Source of the DNA: Runella sp.
GTDB lineage: Bacteria; Bacteroidota; Bacteroidia; Cytophagales; Spirosomataceae
Length of the DNA stretch: 64,000 nt
Direction of reading: 5' to 3'
Assembly (NCBI RefSeq): GCF_965279615.1
Contig: NZ_OZ257252.1
Coordinates: forward strand, 7,956,641 to 8,020,640
Below are positions 16,718 to 26,657 of the stretch, one piece after another (the stretch's first letter is position 1; every line of letters starts with the position of its first letter). Position numbers and translations under genes: made by a program. The notes below the pieces were generated by a model. It worked only from the letters and a program-made list of their open reading frames with translations, was not told where the DNA came from and made no database searches.

Positions 16718-19273
16718 ATGAAGCAGTTGCAGCATGGATATTTGTGGGCTTTTTGGATTGCTTCGCTATTATTTGCCCACCCGACTTCCGCTAATGCCGA
16801 ACAGAGGTATTTGGCGGTTTTGATGTTAAATACCAACCGTTCGTTGGATGTTGATCTTGATTTACTTGAAGAAGGAGTTAAAGCGGGCTGTAATGCTGTT
16901 CATTTAACCATTTATTGGGATCAGGTCTATACCACATCCACCTCTCAGGCCGATTGGCGAAAATATGACACTCAGATCAACCTAGCCCAAAAGCTGGGCG
17001 TAAAAATCGCCATTCGTATTTTAGTAGGTAGACATGTGAGCCGAATTCAGGGCTTTTGGGAAAATGAATACCGACAGCGCGATCAGCAGGGGCAGGCACT
17101 GGTTTCGGGCTACAGTGCCACTTATTTCAGCTATGCTCACCGACCTTCGGTCGAAAAAGCCCGTGCATTTATCAAAGAAGTGTGTCAACGGTATAATAAT
17201 TTACAGCAACAGGGCATCATTTCGTGGGTATCGGTTTCGACAACGCCTACGCAGGAGGCAGCATATTATCATGAAAATGCCCCGGAGGGCTGGAATTATC
17301 CTACAGTATTCGATTACTCGCCGGCGATGCAGAACGAATTTCGGATCTGGTTAACACGCAAGTACAAAAAAATTGCCCGCCTTAATATTTTTTGGGAAAC
17401 GGAATACCACAGTTTTGAGGAAGTAACTCCGCCCGTTTCCTTAAAGTATCGCGAACAGGTTTTTTGGAGACAATCTGGCCGTGATTGGTATGTTTTCCGT
17501 CATGCGGTTTTCAAACAATTTGTGGAACAAACGACCCAAACCATTAAGGAAGTAAACAGCACCTACCGGGTCATGACCGATTTCGGTTCCGTTTTTGACC
17601 AGATCAGCGTTTTTTGCGGCACGTTGGCCTTCAGAGATCTGAACCGTACGACAGACGGCGTCAAAATTAACGACGACCTGCAATATGACCACCGATTTTC
17701 CACTGATTTGTTACGCAGCAATGTACTTCCCGGACAGTGGGTATTAAATGAGGTGTTCCCTGTACTGAAACAGGGGCAAAGCCCTGATCTGATTGTCAAA
17801 CAAATTGATGAAAATTTTGAGCACGGTGCGAATTGGGTCAGTATGGTCATTGCCACTCAGGAATCCCTTGACTTAGTACGCCCTATCATTCGGGAAACGG
17901 CCGAGAAGTGGTTGAAAAAACCTTTTACAGAGGTCAGTCCTGCGGATCAGATGAGCTATATGCTTTCCCGGGTGGTAGAGTTCGGGTATTACAGCGGTGG
18001 GGTGTATGGAGAATGGATCAACCGATCGGGGCACGAGTCAAACCGAAAACCTGTCAATATAAGAATGGTTGAGGATTTATTGACCGATACACTTCAGGGG
18101 TCGATCAACCAGCCTCCTTTGGTACAGCATATGATGCCGACTAAATTCAGTAAGGTAAATACCAATTTCACCTACCGACTGAAAGCGGAAGTATTTAACG
18201 ATGTTGATGGAGTCATCGAAAACGTTGAGGTCAGTGGATTGCCTTCCTGGCTGACCTTTAAAAATAATGTATTTTCGGGTACTCCTACCCAAACAGGAAG
18301 CTTTACAATGGTCCTCCGGGCAACAGATGATGACGGCGCAAGCATCGAAACGAACTTTACCATTATCGTAGATACTACCGGTCGAACCAACCGGGTACCG
18401 ATGGTACAGCAAGCCATTCCTCCTGCCAAAGGAGTATATAAACAGCCATTTACCTATACGATACCCGAGAATACTTTTGCCGATCCTGATGGATTCATCA
18501 GTCGATTGGAAGTCACAGGACTGCCGGGATGGGCGCAGTTCGGCAGGAAAGAAATAAGGGGCTTGGCAGATACAGTAGGCGTTTATCTCGTTACAGTACG
18601 TGCCTACGATGACGAAGATGCGGTGGTACAAACCACTTTTACCATTACAGTCAGTTATCCGGTGGTATCGTTTGATTTGATTCAGGCAGGTAAGCCCGGT
18701 GAGCGATTTTTGATCAAACGGCTGCAAAACGCAGAATTGCTGGCGTCGTCTGACTTGCCGCCGCTGCTCAATATTTACGCTTCCTGCGACGCGGTTTTTG
18801 ATGAATTTGAACTTCAACTTTCGGGAACCCACGCGAAAAAGGCGCAATCTGAAAGTTCTCCATTTTCACTTTTTAAGGGCGATGGCGGCTTTCCAACGGT
18901 CGTTGGTTCGTATCAGTTAAAAGGAAATGCGTATTTTCAAAAGGAGTTGATCTCTTCCATAACCTATCGTTTTCAAATAATAGCTACTGACCCGGTCACT
19001 AAACAACCGATACCATTGGCGGATTGGGCTTTATATCCCAATCCCTGCAATCAGTTTGTTAATGTCAAACTGCCTGACAAGGTCACTGTTCAAAAGATAC
19101 AACTGGTAAATACAGCAGGACAAACCTTGCCTGTTATGCTTAATGCCACTTCCATGACTAACCAACTTCTTTCCGTAAATTTAACGGACTTGGCTCTTCC
19201 TCCTGGATTTTATTTTCTTAAATTACAAAAAGATGATTCCTCCTGGGAGGTATTTAAACTTTTAAAACAATAA
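16718..19273 (+). CDS. T9SS-secreted GH42-like (clan GH-A) glycoside hydrolase with 2 cadherin-like Ig repeats and type A CTD
   Basis: Signal peptide; FRIWLTRKYKKIARLNIFWETEYHSFEE GH42-type segment; 2x (D.DG.I...GLP.W...RA.D); CTD LYPNP...GFYFLK...FKLLKQ. Confidence 0.75.
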   Translation: MKQLQHGYLWAFWIASLLFAHPTSANAEQRYLAVLMLNTNRSLDVDLDLLEEGVKAGCNAVHLTIYWDQVYTTSTSQADWRKYDTQINLAQKLGVKIAIRILVGRHVSRIQGFWENEYRQRDQQGQALVSGYSATYFSYAHRPSVEKARAFIKEVCQRYNNLQQQGIISWVSVSTTPTQEAAYYHENAPEGWNYPTVFDYSPAMQNEFRIWLTRKYKKIARLNIFWETEYHSFEEVTPPVSLKYREQVFWRQSGRDWYVFRHAVFKQFVEQTTQTIKEVNSTYRVMTDFGSVFDQISVFCGTLAFRDLNRTTDGVKINDDLQYDHRFSTDLLRSNVLPGQWVLNEVFPVLKQGQSPDLIVKQIDENFEHGANWVSMVIATQESLDLVRPIIRETAEKWLKKPFTEVSPADQMSYMLSRVVEFGYYSGGVYGEWINRSGHESNRKPVNIRMVEDLLTDTLQGSINQPPLVQHMMPTKFSKVNTNFTYRLKAEVFNDVDGVIENVEVSGLPSWLTFKNNVFSGTPTQTGSFTMVLRATDDDGASIETNFTIIVDTTGRTNRVPMVQQAIPPAKGVYKQPFTYTIPENTFADPDGFISRLEVTGLPGWAQFGRKEIRGLADTVGVYLVTVRAYDDEDAVVQTTFTITVSYPVVSFDLIQAGKPGERFLIKRLQNAELLASSDLPPLLNIYASCDAVFDEFELQLSGTHAKKAQSESSPFSLFKGDGGFPTVVGSYQLKGNAYFQKELISSITYRFQIIATDPVTKQPIPLADWALYPNPCNQFVNVKLPDKVTVQKIQLVNTAGQTLPVMLNATSMTNQLLSVNLTDLALPPGFYFLKLQKDDSSWEVFKLLKQ

Positions 19274-19280
19274 AAACAGC

Positions 19281-22200
19281 ATGTGGAGTTGGAGATCAGG
19301 TATCGTGTGTAACGATACAAAATGGCGGAGAGCAATCGTATTTTTAGGGTGTTTTTGCTTTATGACTGCGGTATTTGCGCAGAATACTGACTCTCAAAGG
19401 TACGTTGGTCTGCAATTGTTAAACCTGGATCCGAGGCCGGAGGCGGGGATGGATCTTATTGAAGCTTCGATCAATAACGGTTGCAACCTTGTGGCCATTA
19501 CCATACAATGGGATGAAGTTTATAAAGACAATACATCTCCCCCGGATTGGCGTCAGTATGACCGTCAGATCGAATACATTGCAAAAACAAACGCAAAAAT
19601 AGCATTACGGATCATTGTAGGTCGGCTTTCCTACCGGTTGGACGGCTTTTGGACGTCCAAAGAAACCATGAAGGATGATTTGGGGCGACCTATGTCGGGA
19701 GTCTATAATCGAACCTGTTTCAGTTTTTCTCATCAACCTACCATTGCTAAGTCCCAAAACTTCATCAGAGAGGTTTGTCAGCGATACAATACGTATCAAA
19801 ACCAAGGCAAAATTCTGTATATTTCCTTTGGTAACTTATCGACGCAGGAATTGGGGTACCCACATGAAACCAATTTTGAAGGCAGCAAACAATACCTTGC
19901 CGGCTTTGATTACTCTGATTCTTCGCTGGATTCATTCAGGGTATGGGCCGAAAAACGGTATAAACGGATCAATAAACTTAATTATCATTGGGGCACCAAA
20001 TACACCTCCTTTCAGACGCTGTTTCCTCCCCGCACGGCCTATAATCCATATCCTGCCTATCAGACCAAATCTGGTAAAGATTGGTACATATTCTCTCATT
20101 CACAGCTTAAAAATTACATTGACCAAACGATTGCCGGTATAAAGCAAATAAACCCTCAATACAGAATAGTCAATGAATATGGAGCGGTAACGGCCGATTT
20201 TTCGGCCATGTTAGTCTCTTATGCTTTTAAAAGTTTGGACCAAAAAGCAGATGGAACCAAAGTACATAATGATCCATATTATAATCACCGCTGGGTCACG
20301 GATGTTATACGTTCAAACAGCCCTAATCAATGGATACTCAACGAAGTGTTTTTTACTTCCCAAACCCCGTCTGACTTGTTGGCTCGTCAATTTAATGAAT
20401 GTTTTGAGCATGGGAGCAAGGTGGTTACTTTAGTGGCTTCTTCGCCCGAGGTCGGAGCTATGCAAATGATTCGGGAGATGGCCAACCGTTGGGTAAGTAC
20501 TCCCTTGAATGATATTAAACCTTCGGAAACCATTTCCTACACCCTTACCGAGGCGCTTGACTCCACCATGAAAAATGTGGAAAAAAGATGGCTGGAAAAA
20601 GTGGGGTCCAATCCTCGACCTGTTCATATTGAGTTGAAAGAGGACATTTTATTGGAAGATTATTGGAAACCTCTCAGCAGTAATGTTTTGCCTATTGTTA
20701 CCAATCAAATTGCCGAGCGTGGAAGCAAACCCCGAAAACCTTTTAACTATACCTTGCCAAAAGATGCATTCACAGATCCTGATGGTGATATTGTCAAAAT
20801 AGAGGCCATTGAAAAGCCCCAATGGCTTGGGTTGACAAACGGAGTGCTGTCGGGAAATGTGCCTGATATTTTGGGAGATAATAAAATAACTCTGCGGGCC
20901 ACTGACGACGAGGGAGCAACGGTGACGATGAGTTTTAATCTTAAAGTAACCAACATCAACATAAAACCGGTGGTCAAGCGACCTGTCCCTGATTTTGAAG
21001 CTAACTTACAGCAATTGGTGTTCTATCAATTCCAACCTGATCATTTCGATGACCCTGATGGGGTTATTGTGCGAATACAGGCAAGCGGCCTTCGACCTTG
21101 GATGACCTATACATCCAAAGAGTTTTCGGCCTATCCGCAGGAACAGGGCACCTTTACCGTAACGCTTCGTGCGTATGACGACGACAGTGCGTTTGTTGAA
21201 ACTTCCTTTAAAGTAAAGGTCATCAATAAACCTCCTATTGCAAAACAACAGTTACCCGAAAAGGTCATTGCCCGAAATAAAGCCTTTCGGTTTAAGATAT
21301 CACCAAATCTTTTCAGCGATCCCGACGGCCAGATCATCAAAGTAGGAGCGGCCGGTTTACCCTCTTGGCTTACATTTACAGGGACTGAGTTACAGGGAAC
21401 TCCCACTGTATTAGGTAACTATCGGGTAGGTATTCGTGCATATGACAATGGAGGAGACTCGGTAGAAATTCCGTTTGTGATAAGAGTTGATGTACAGGGA
21501 ACTCAAAACTCACCGCCCGTTTTACGCTATCCATTGCCGAATGTGCAACTGTTTTCAACTCAGAAATTCTCCTATAAAGTACCTGATTCACTTTTTTATG
21601 ATACTAATGGCTATATAGATAGGATAGAAGCACCTAATTTGCCTTCTTGGCTGTCGTTTCGAAACAATGAAATTTCGGGGGTAGCCCTACAGGCAGGAAC
21701 CTATACGGTAACTATCAGAGCTATTGATGATGATGAAACAGCAACCAATGCTGTTTTTAAAATTGACGTGCGTTATGCAACCATCAATTTTGAGTTGATT
21801 CAGGCCGGAAAAGCCGGGGAGCGTCGGCTTATCAGGCCATTGTCAAATGGAGATATATTGCTGCAATCCTCAGTCCCGGATAAAATCACGATTTACGCAA
21901 ATTGCGAAGCTCCCGTCAAAAAAGTACAGCTCAAATTGACTGGACCTTACCAAAAGATCACGATAGCCCAACGTTTTCCGTTTGCGCTGTTTGATGAAAC
22001 AACTGGATTCACGCCTATTGCGGGGACCTATACGTTGGAAGCAACTGCTTTTAATGATTCGTTGCAAGTGAGCGCGACAACGATTCGGTTTAAGATACAA
22101 ACGGCTCAGCCTTTAACCGATTGGCAGGTCTACCCAAATCCCTGTAGTGAAGTGTGTAATCTCAAACTTCCTGATTTGTTGGATATAAATGTTGTCCGGT

Positions 22201-22376
22201 TTAAATTGGTTTCTTTAACGGGGCAAACAACCCTTCTGAGTAGCAAAGAAATAACGATCACGGACAATGTTGCCTATATAGATATGACATCCGTTGGAAT
22301 TTCTCCAAATATCTATTTACTTCAAGTACTGATAGCTGATACTGTCGAAAAAGTAATTAAAATAATCAAACAGTAG
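19281..22376 (+). CDS. Paralogous T9SS-secreted GH42-like hydrolase with 4 cadherin-like Ig repeats and type A CTD
   Basis: Collinear with the previous gene (WDEVY...WRQYD.QI; FRVWAEKRYKRINKLNYHWGTKYTSF; ILNEVF); 4 Ig repeats; VYPNP...KIIKQ CTD. Confidence 0.75.
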   Translation: MWSWRSGIVCNDTKWRRAIVFLGCFCFMTAVFAQNTDSQRYVGLQLLNLDPRPEAGMDLIEASINNGCNLVAITIQWDEVYKDNTSPPDWRQYDRQIEYIAKTNAKIALRIIVGRLSYRLDGFWTSKETMKDDLGRPMSGVYNRTCFSFSHQPTIAKSQNFIREVCQRYNTYQNQGKILYISFGNLSTQELGYPHETNFEGSKQYLAGFDYSDSSLDSFRVWAEKRYKRINKLNYHWGTKYTSFQTLFPPRTAYNPYPAYQTKSGKDWYIFSHSQLKNYIDQTIAGIKQINPQYRIVNEYGAVTADFSAMLVSYAFKSLDQKADGTKVHNDPYYNHRWVTDVIRSNSPNQWILNEVFFTSQTPSDLLARQFNECFEHGSKVVTLVASSPEVGAMQMIREMANRWVSTPLNDIKPSETISYTLTEALDSTMKNVEKRWLEKVGSNPRPVHIELKEDILLEDYWKPLSSNVLPIVTNQIAERGSKPRKPFNYTLPKDAFTDPDGDIVKIEAIEKPQWLGLTNGVLSGNVPDILGDNKITLRATDDEGATVTMSFNLKVTNINIKPVVKRPVPDFEANLQQLVFYQFQPDHFDDPDGVIVRIQASGLRPWMTYTSKEFSAYPQEQGTFTVTLRAYDDDSAFVETSFKVKVINKPPIAKQQLPEKVIARNKAFRFKISPNLFSDPDGQIIKVGAAGLPSWLTFTGTELQGTPTVLGNYRVGIRAYDNGGDSVEIPFVIRVDVQGTQNSPPVLRYPLPNVQLFSTQKFSYKVPDSLFYDTNGYIDRIEAPNLPSWLSFRNNEISGVALQAGTYTVTIRAIDDDETATNAVFKIDVRYATINFELIQAGKAGERRLIRPLSNGDILLQSSVPDKITIYANCEAPVKKVQLKLTGPYQKITIAQRFPFALFDETTGFTPIAGTYTLEATAFNDSLQVSATTIRFKIQTAQPLTDWQVYPNPCSEVCNLKLPDLLDINVVRFKLVSLTGQTTLLSSKEITITDNVAYIDMTSVGISPNIYLLQVLIADTVEKVIKIIKQ

Positions 22377-22562
22377 TATCCCAATTAGTTCTGTATCAAA
22401 ACATGATTTGCTCGTGGATAGATTGTAAGTCATTTATTATCATAGGGAAAGCTTGGGGGCTTGCCTGAGAAAATAGAGATTATAAGGGATATTTATGATT
22501 TGGCATGTTTTTTGTGGGGCTATTTCGGAGTTAAATATATGATACGTAATCTGAGCATAAAC

Positions 22563-23585
22563 ATGGTTCACTTCGTGAAGATAGGCATAGTAGGTTGGTT
22601 TTTACTGTTACACCTCAACGCATCTGCTCAAACTGTAGATTGCAGCAATACTAAATGTATACCTCTTACGATAAAAATAGTTGGAAAAGATTTTGTATTA
22701 CCGCCTAATCCACTTGTTCTGCCTGTTCCTCTTATTAGCCTGCAAAGTGGACAATATCCCTTCGGAACGGTGATCTCATTTGATATACCTGTCGGGTTAA
22801 ATATTCAGAGTGCCAATACATTGTCGCAATTGACTTTTGAGTATATGTGGGACTCTGATACTGTCTGGAGAACAGGGAGCGAAGCAGCCCTGAAAAAATC
22901 AGGGGTCCTTTCGGTTCGAACAAGGCTTGGTACGTCTACTTCCGAGATTCAGAAGCATACCTACCAAATTTTTTATAAGCAGGTGCTGCTTATCGGTAAC
23001 AGTTTTACACAGCATGGACCTTATGAACCAATCGGGTGGACGGGGAATTGGGGAATGGCGGCCTCTGCACCCGATAAAGACTACAAGTCGACACTGGAAC
23101 GATACCTTCAGGCTAACTATAGTGATACCAAAGTAAAAATATTTCCTACAGCCCGCATTGAGAACGACTTCTACAATTATGATTTTGATTTCCAAAAAAG
23201 CGTTTGGCAGTCTACCTTTGAGGAAACCGATTTGATTGTCTTGCGTTTTGGCGAAAATGTGAAAGATTGGGAAATACCAATGCAGGATGGAAAAGCAAAC
23301 AAAGCTTACAAGGAAATTCTTATCAGGTTTATAAATATGATTAAGCAGAAATCTTCTGCAAGGGTGGTAATTACCAGTGTTTTTTGGCAAGGTTTTCCCA
23401 ATACAAACGCCGTATTCAAAGAAGTAGCGGATGAAAATGGATATGATTGGGTGAATTTGATTGAAATTGGAAAAGATGACAGTAATTACGCTTATGGTTT
23501 ATTTGCAGACCCGGGAGTTGCGAAGCATCCCAACGACAAAGGGATGAAGGCTATTGCGGACTTGATTTATGATAAAATCAAATAA
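22563..23585 (+). CDS. Secreted SGNH/GDSL hydrolase with N-terminal beta-sandwich
   Basis: LLIGNS block I, GEN block III, HPND block V; signal peptide; start uncertain (22539 or 22563). Confidence 0.8.
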   Translation: MVHFVKIGIVGWFLLLHLNASAQTVDCSNTKCIPLTIKIVGKDFVLPPNPLVLPVPLISLQSGQYPFGTVISFDIPVGLNIQSANTLSQLTFEYMWDSDTVWRTGSEAALKKSGVLSVRTRLGTSTSEIQKHTYQIFYKQVLLIGNSFTQHGPYEPIGWTGNWGMAASAPDKDYKSTLERYLQANYSDTKVKIFPTARIENDFYNYDFDFQKSVWQSTFEETDLIVLRFGENVKDWEIPMQDGKANKAYKEILIRFINMIKQKSSARVVITSVFWQGFPNTNAVFKEVADENGYDWVNLIEIGKDDSNYAYGLFADPGVAKHPNDKGMKAIADLIYDKIK

Positions 23586-23629
23586 TATAATCTCAAGAGC
23601 CAAGTAGCCGGTATTTTCCGGCAAAACTA

Positions 23630-23675
23630 AAAAGCATCTGACTGCCTTAACAAGGGCAGTCAGATGCTTTTTTTT
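23630..23675 (+). terminator. Intrinsic terminator ending the GH-GH-SGNH unit
   Basis: AAAAGCATCTGACTGCC / GGCAGTCAGATGCTTTT 17-bp stem plus T-run. Confidence 0.85.
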
Positions 23676-23987
23676 GATCATTTCAACTACACAGACAACC
23701 TCTGTGAGTTTTCTTCCGTCTTTCTTAATATGCCTTAAAGTATGCCTCAAAAGGACGGCGTAAATGGTTGTCTTAAATTAATATTTTATGCCTGATATAT
23801 TTATAATTTATATTTCAATGAATAGTAGGTATATTGGCAAAGCCTAAAAAAAGGGTCAAATAGGCATATTTTTGATTTTTTAGTACATGGGCTCGCGAAT
23901 AAGTCCTTATGGAGTTTAATTTGTGTCCTCTTTTAGCCGGCAGTCGTTTATTGTATAACCTTTTATTGTAATATTTAATAAGTTAGA

Positions 23988-25031
23988 ATGCAATCAAATA
24001 ATTTTCACTTTATAAGGTTTCTTGCGGCATCGCTGGTAATTATTGGACACGTATATCCTCTTAATGGTCGTCAGGATATCATCGAACAGTGGAGTTTGGG
24101 GCTTTTCCCCTCCGGCCACATTGCGGTATGTATATTTTTTGTTATTAGTGGTTATTGTGTGATACACAGCAGAATAAACAGCGTCTCTTCATTCTCTTAT
24201 CTTATGAAACGTGTGCTGAGGGTTTTTCCCGGGCTTTTGGTTGCACTTATATTTACGGCTTTTATTATAGGGAGCATTACAACGACCCTTCCGTTGGCTG
24301 ATTATCTCCTTAACCTTAAGACATATCTTTTTTTTGATAATCTTAAACTGTATCCTCATACACACGTAACGCTTCCCGGTGTTTTTGAGCATAACAATCA
24401 TTCCGGAGCCAACGGTTCACTTTGGACCTTGGCCTATGAGTTTACCATGTATTTTCTTGTGGTTGTTGTCGTCTTTTTGTTTCGGTCAAAGTGGCAATGG
24501 TTTCTTTTGGCCTTTTGTGCTTTTTTTATTGGTTATTGTTTTTTCTTTGAAACCCTTCAGAGCAACCGAATTTTGCCGATTATACATTTGAATATTTTCC
24601 ATTTGATTGATTTCGGGATTTATTTTGTGTTAGGGATGCTTTTCTATGTTTATCGACATGTAATTGTGCTGAATGGTTGGTGGGCGCTGGCCGCTTTGGG
24701 GGCTTGGATGTTGACGTATCTGATTGCGGATGCGGGATATCTTCCATTGGCAACCATTATGTGGGTTCGTTATTTCAGTCTTTCGTATATAGTAATGTAT
24801 CTGGCCTTTATAAAAGGCCCGCTCAATCATTTTGGCGACAGAGGCGATTATTCCTACGGTATTTACATATATGCCTACCCCATTCAACAAACGATCGTTT
24901 CGTTTTGGGGAAACGAAATGTCCCCTCTGCAACAGATATTACTTGCATTTATTCTGGTTTTGCCGCTGGCATGGTTTTCCTGGCATATTATTGAAAAGCC
25001 GGCCTTGAAATATAAATTGTATTTCAGGTAA
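23988..25031 (+). CDS. Acyltransferase family 3
   Basis: RFLAASLVI.GH, FFVISGY, KRVLRVFP, NGSLWTLAYE, GDYSYGIYIY. Confidence 0.9.
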   Translation: MQSNNFHFIRFLAASLVIIGHVYPLNGRQDIIEQWSLGLFPSGHIAVCIFFVISGYCVIHSRINSVSSFSYLMKRVLRVFPGLLVALIFTAFIIGSITTTLPLADYLLNLKTYLFFDNLKLYPHTHVTLPGVFEHNNHSGANGSLWTLAYEFTMYFLVVVVVFLFRSKWQWFLLAFCAFFIGYCFFFETLQSNRILPIIHLNIFHLIDFGIYFVLGMLFYVYRHVIVLNGWWALAALGAWMLTYLIADAGYLPLATIMWVRYFSLSYIVMYLAFIKGPLNHFGDRGDYSYGIYIYAYPIQQTIVSFWGNEMSPLQQILLAFILVLPLAWFSWHIIEKPALKYKLYFR

Positions 25032-25150
25032 CCAATCTTTTGGGTTTCGTTCATTGATTAGCGGTTCTTGCTTACATTTGATGCTGAATAAAAAAGTCAA
25101 TGTAAAAGCATCGGAATTTCGTAATGCTTTGAATTAAAAAACGCATTTTT

Positions 25151-26155
25151 ATGGAGAAAATCCAAAAAGGATTGTACTTTTCAGCGCTGATCTTTGTTTT
25201 GGTCAGCTGTAATTCCAACCAATCTTCTTCCGAACAAACAACCACCGGTGAAACTGCTGCAACTATGGTGAAAGCCCCCTCTTTTAGTGGAGATTCTGCT
25301 TACACCTATGTGGAAAAGCAGGTTAAGTTCGGGCCGCGCGTGCCCAATTCTACCGCTCATACGCTTTGCGGCGACTACCTCGTGGCAGAGTTAAAGCGCC
25401 TGGGTTGTACCGTGACAGAACAAAAATTTACCGCCACTCATTATGACGGACGTAAGCTGAACGCTCGGAATATCATCGGGAGTATTAATCCGCAAGCCAC
25501 CAAACGAATCATGTTGGCATCGCATTGGGACAGCCGTCCCGTGGCTGATGAAGATCCCGTCAACAAAACCGGTGCCATCGACGGCGCGAATGACGGTGCG
25601 AGTGGGGTAGGAGTATTGCTTGAATTGGCGCGCACAATTCAACAGGCGGCCCAAAAACCGAGCGTCGGCGTAGATCTGATCTTTTTTGATGTAGAAGACG
25701 GAGGGAATTCTGCCGTCGCCAAAGATAAATTTACGGGCTTTTGCCTCGGGTCTCAGTACTGGGCGTCCAACAAGCACATTGCCGGTTATTCGGCATATTT
25801 TGGCGTTTTGCTCGATATGGTAGGGGCAAAAGGTGCTACTTTTCCAAAAGAAGCTTTTTCGAACCAATATGCCAATGAGATCACCCGCATGATCTGGAAT
25901 ACGGCGAGCCAATTAGGTTACAGTTCTTACTTTGTAGAGCAAGACGGTGCCGCCATTACCGATGATCATTTGCCCGTGAACGAAACCGCCAAAATTCCAA
26001 TGGTGGATATTATTCATCTTCAACTTAATAATCCCCAAAAAACCTTCTTTGATGATTGGCACACGCACGAAGATGATATGCGTAATATTGATGCCAATAC
26101 GCTCAAAGCCGTGGGTCAGGTATTGGTGCAGGTACTGTATCAGGAAAGCCTTTAG
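25151..26155 (+). CDS. M28 family peptidase / glutaminyl cyclase-like lipoprotein
   Basis: Lipobox LVSC; ASHWDSRP, GANDGASGV, FFDVED, LLDMVG, DDH, WHTHED. Confidence 0.9.
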   Translation: MEKIQKGLYFSALIFVLVSCNSNQSSSEQTTTGETAATMVKAPSFSGDSAYTYVEKQVKFGPRVPNSTAHTLCGDYLVAELKRLGCTVTEQKFTATHYDGRKLNARNIIGSINPQATKRIMLASHWDSRPVADEDPVNKTGAIDGANDGASGVGVLLELARTIQQAAQKPSVGVDLIFFDVEDGGNSAVAKDKFTGFCLGSQYWASNKHIAGYSAYFGVLLDMVGAKGATFPKEAFSNQYANEITRMIWNTASQLGYSSYFVEQDGAAITDDHLPVNETAKIPMVDIIHLQLNNPQKTFFDDWHTHEDDMRNIDANTLKAVGQVLVQVLYQESL

Positions 26156-26185
26156 GCCTACCTTTATCGTTAGAATTTGATTATT

Positions 26186-26581
26186 ATGAACAAAAACAGC
26201 TATTATACTGCCCTATCTTTTTTTCTCCTTTTTACCATTACTTCCTGTTCTTCCGCCCCTGAAAAAATTGGAAATTTAGATTTAGTGAAATGGAGAAGTG
26301 ACCGTGGGGGATGTAAAGACGTCAGAAAAGGGCTTGAAAAAGAATTTGTGAAGGTTCAGAATGAATTTTTGGGGAAGCACATCGACGAGGTAGGATATGC
26401 ATTAGGTCGTCCGGATATTCAGCAATTAGCTTCCCGCGACCAAAAATTCTACGTTTACTTTTTAGAAAAAGGCGTGCATTGTAATGACATTACCCAAAAA
26501 TCAGCGGCTCAAAAAGCAATATTGCGTTTCAATGCAGTGGGCCTGCTCTCCGAAATCACCTTTCAGGCACGACCTTTGTAG
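26186..26581 (+). CDS. Lipoprotein, BamE/SmpA-like fold possible
   Basis: Lipobox ITSC; segment FLGKHIDEVGYALGRPD...YVYF; start moved to ATG. Confidence 0.65.
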   Translation: MNKNSYYTALSFFLLFTITSCSSAPEKIGNLDLVKWRSDRGGCKDVRKGLEKEFVKVQNEFLGKHIDEVGYALGRPDIQQLASRDQKFYVYFLEKGVHCNDITQKSAAQKAILRFNAVGLLSEITFQARPL

Positions 26582-26582
26582 T

Positions 26583-26603
26583 AAATAAAATGTCATTTTA
26601 TTT
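26583..26603. promoter_or_regulatory. Perfect 21-bp palindrome, candidate operator
   Basis: AAATAAAATG-T-CATTTTATTT about 55 nt upstream of the PDZ-hydrolase start. Confidence 0.4.
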
Positions 26604-26657
26604 GTTTATTGTCGGGGCAAAAAATACCGGGCAGTCAACAATTAACTTTAAAATTCG

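Noticed and set aside
18077-18847. 256-aa antisense ORF inside the first GH gene
   Set aside because: Antisense shadow of the repetitive Ig region; no motifs
25072-25112. Pseudoknot-like A-B-A'-B' arrangement (TTACATT/AATGTAA, GATGCT/AGCATC)
   Set aside because: Weak AT-rich stems, loop lengths do not fit H-type geometry, and it overlaps a TACATTTG -7 promoter element, so most of it would not be transcribed
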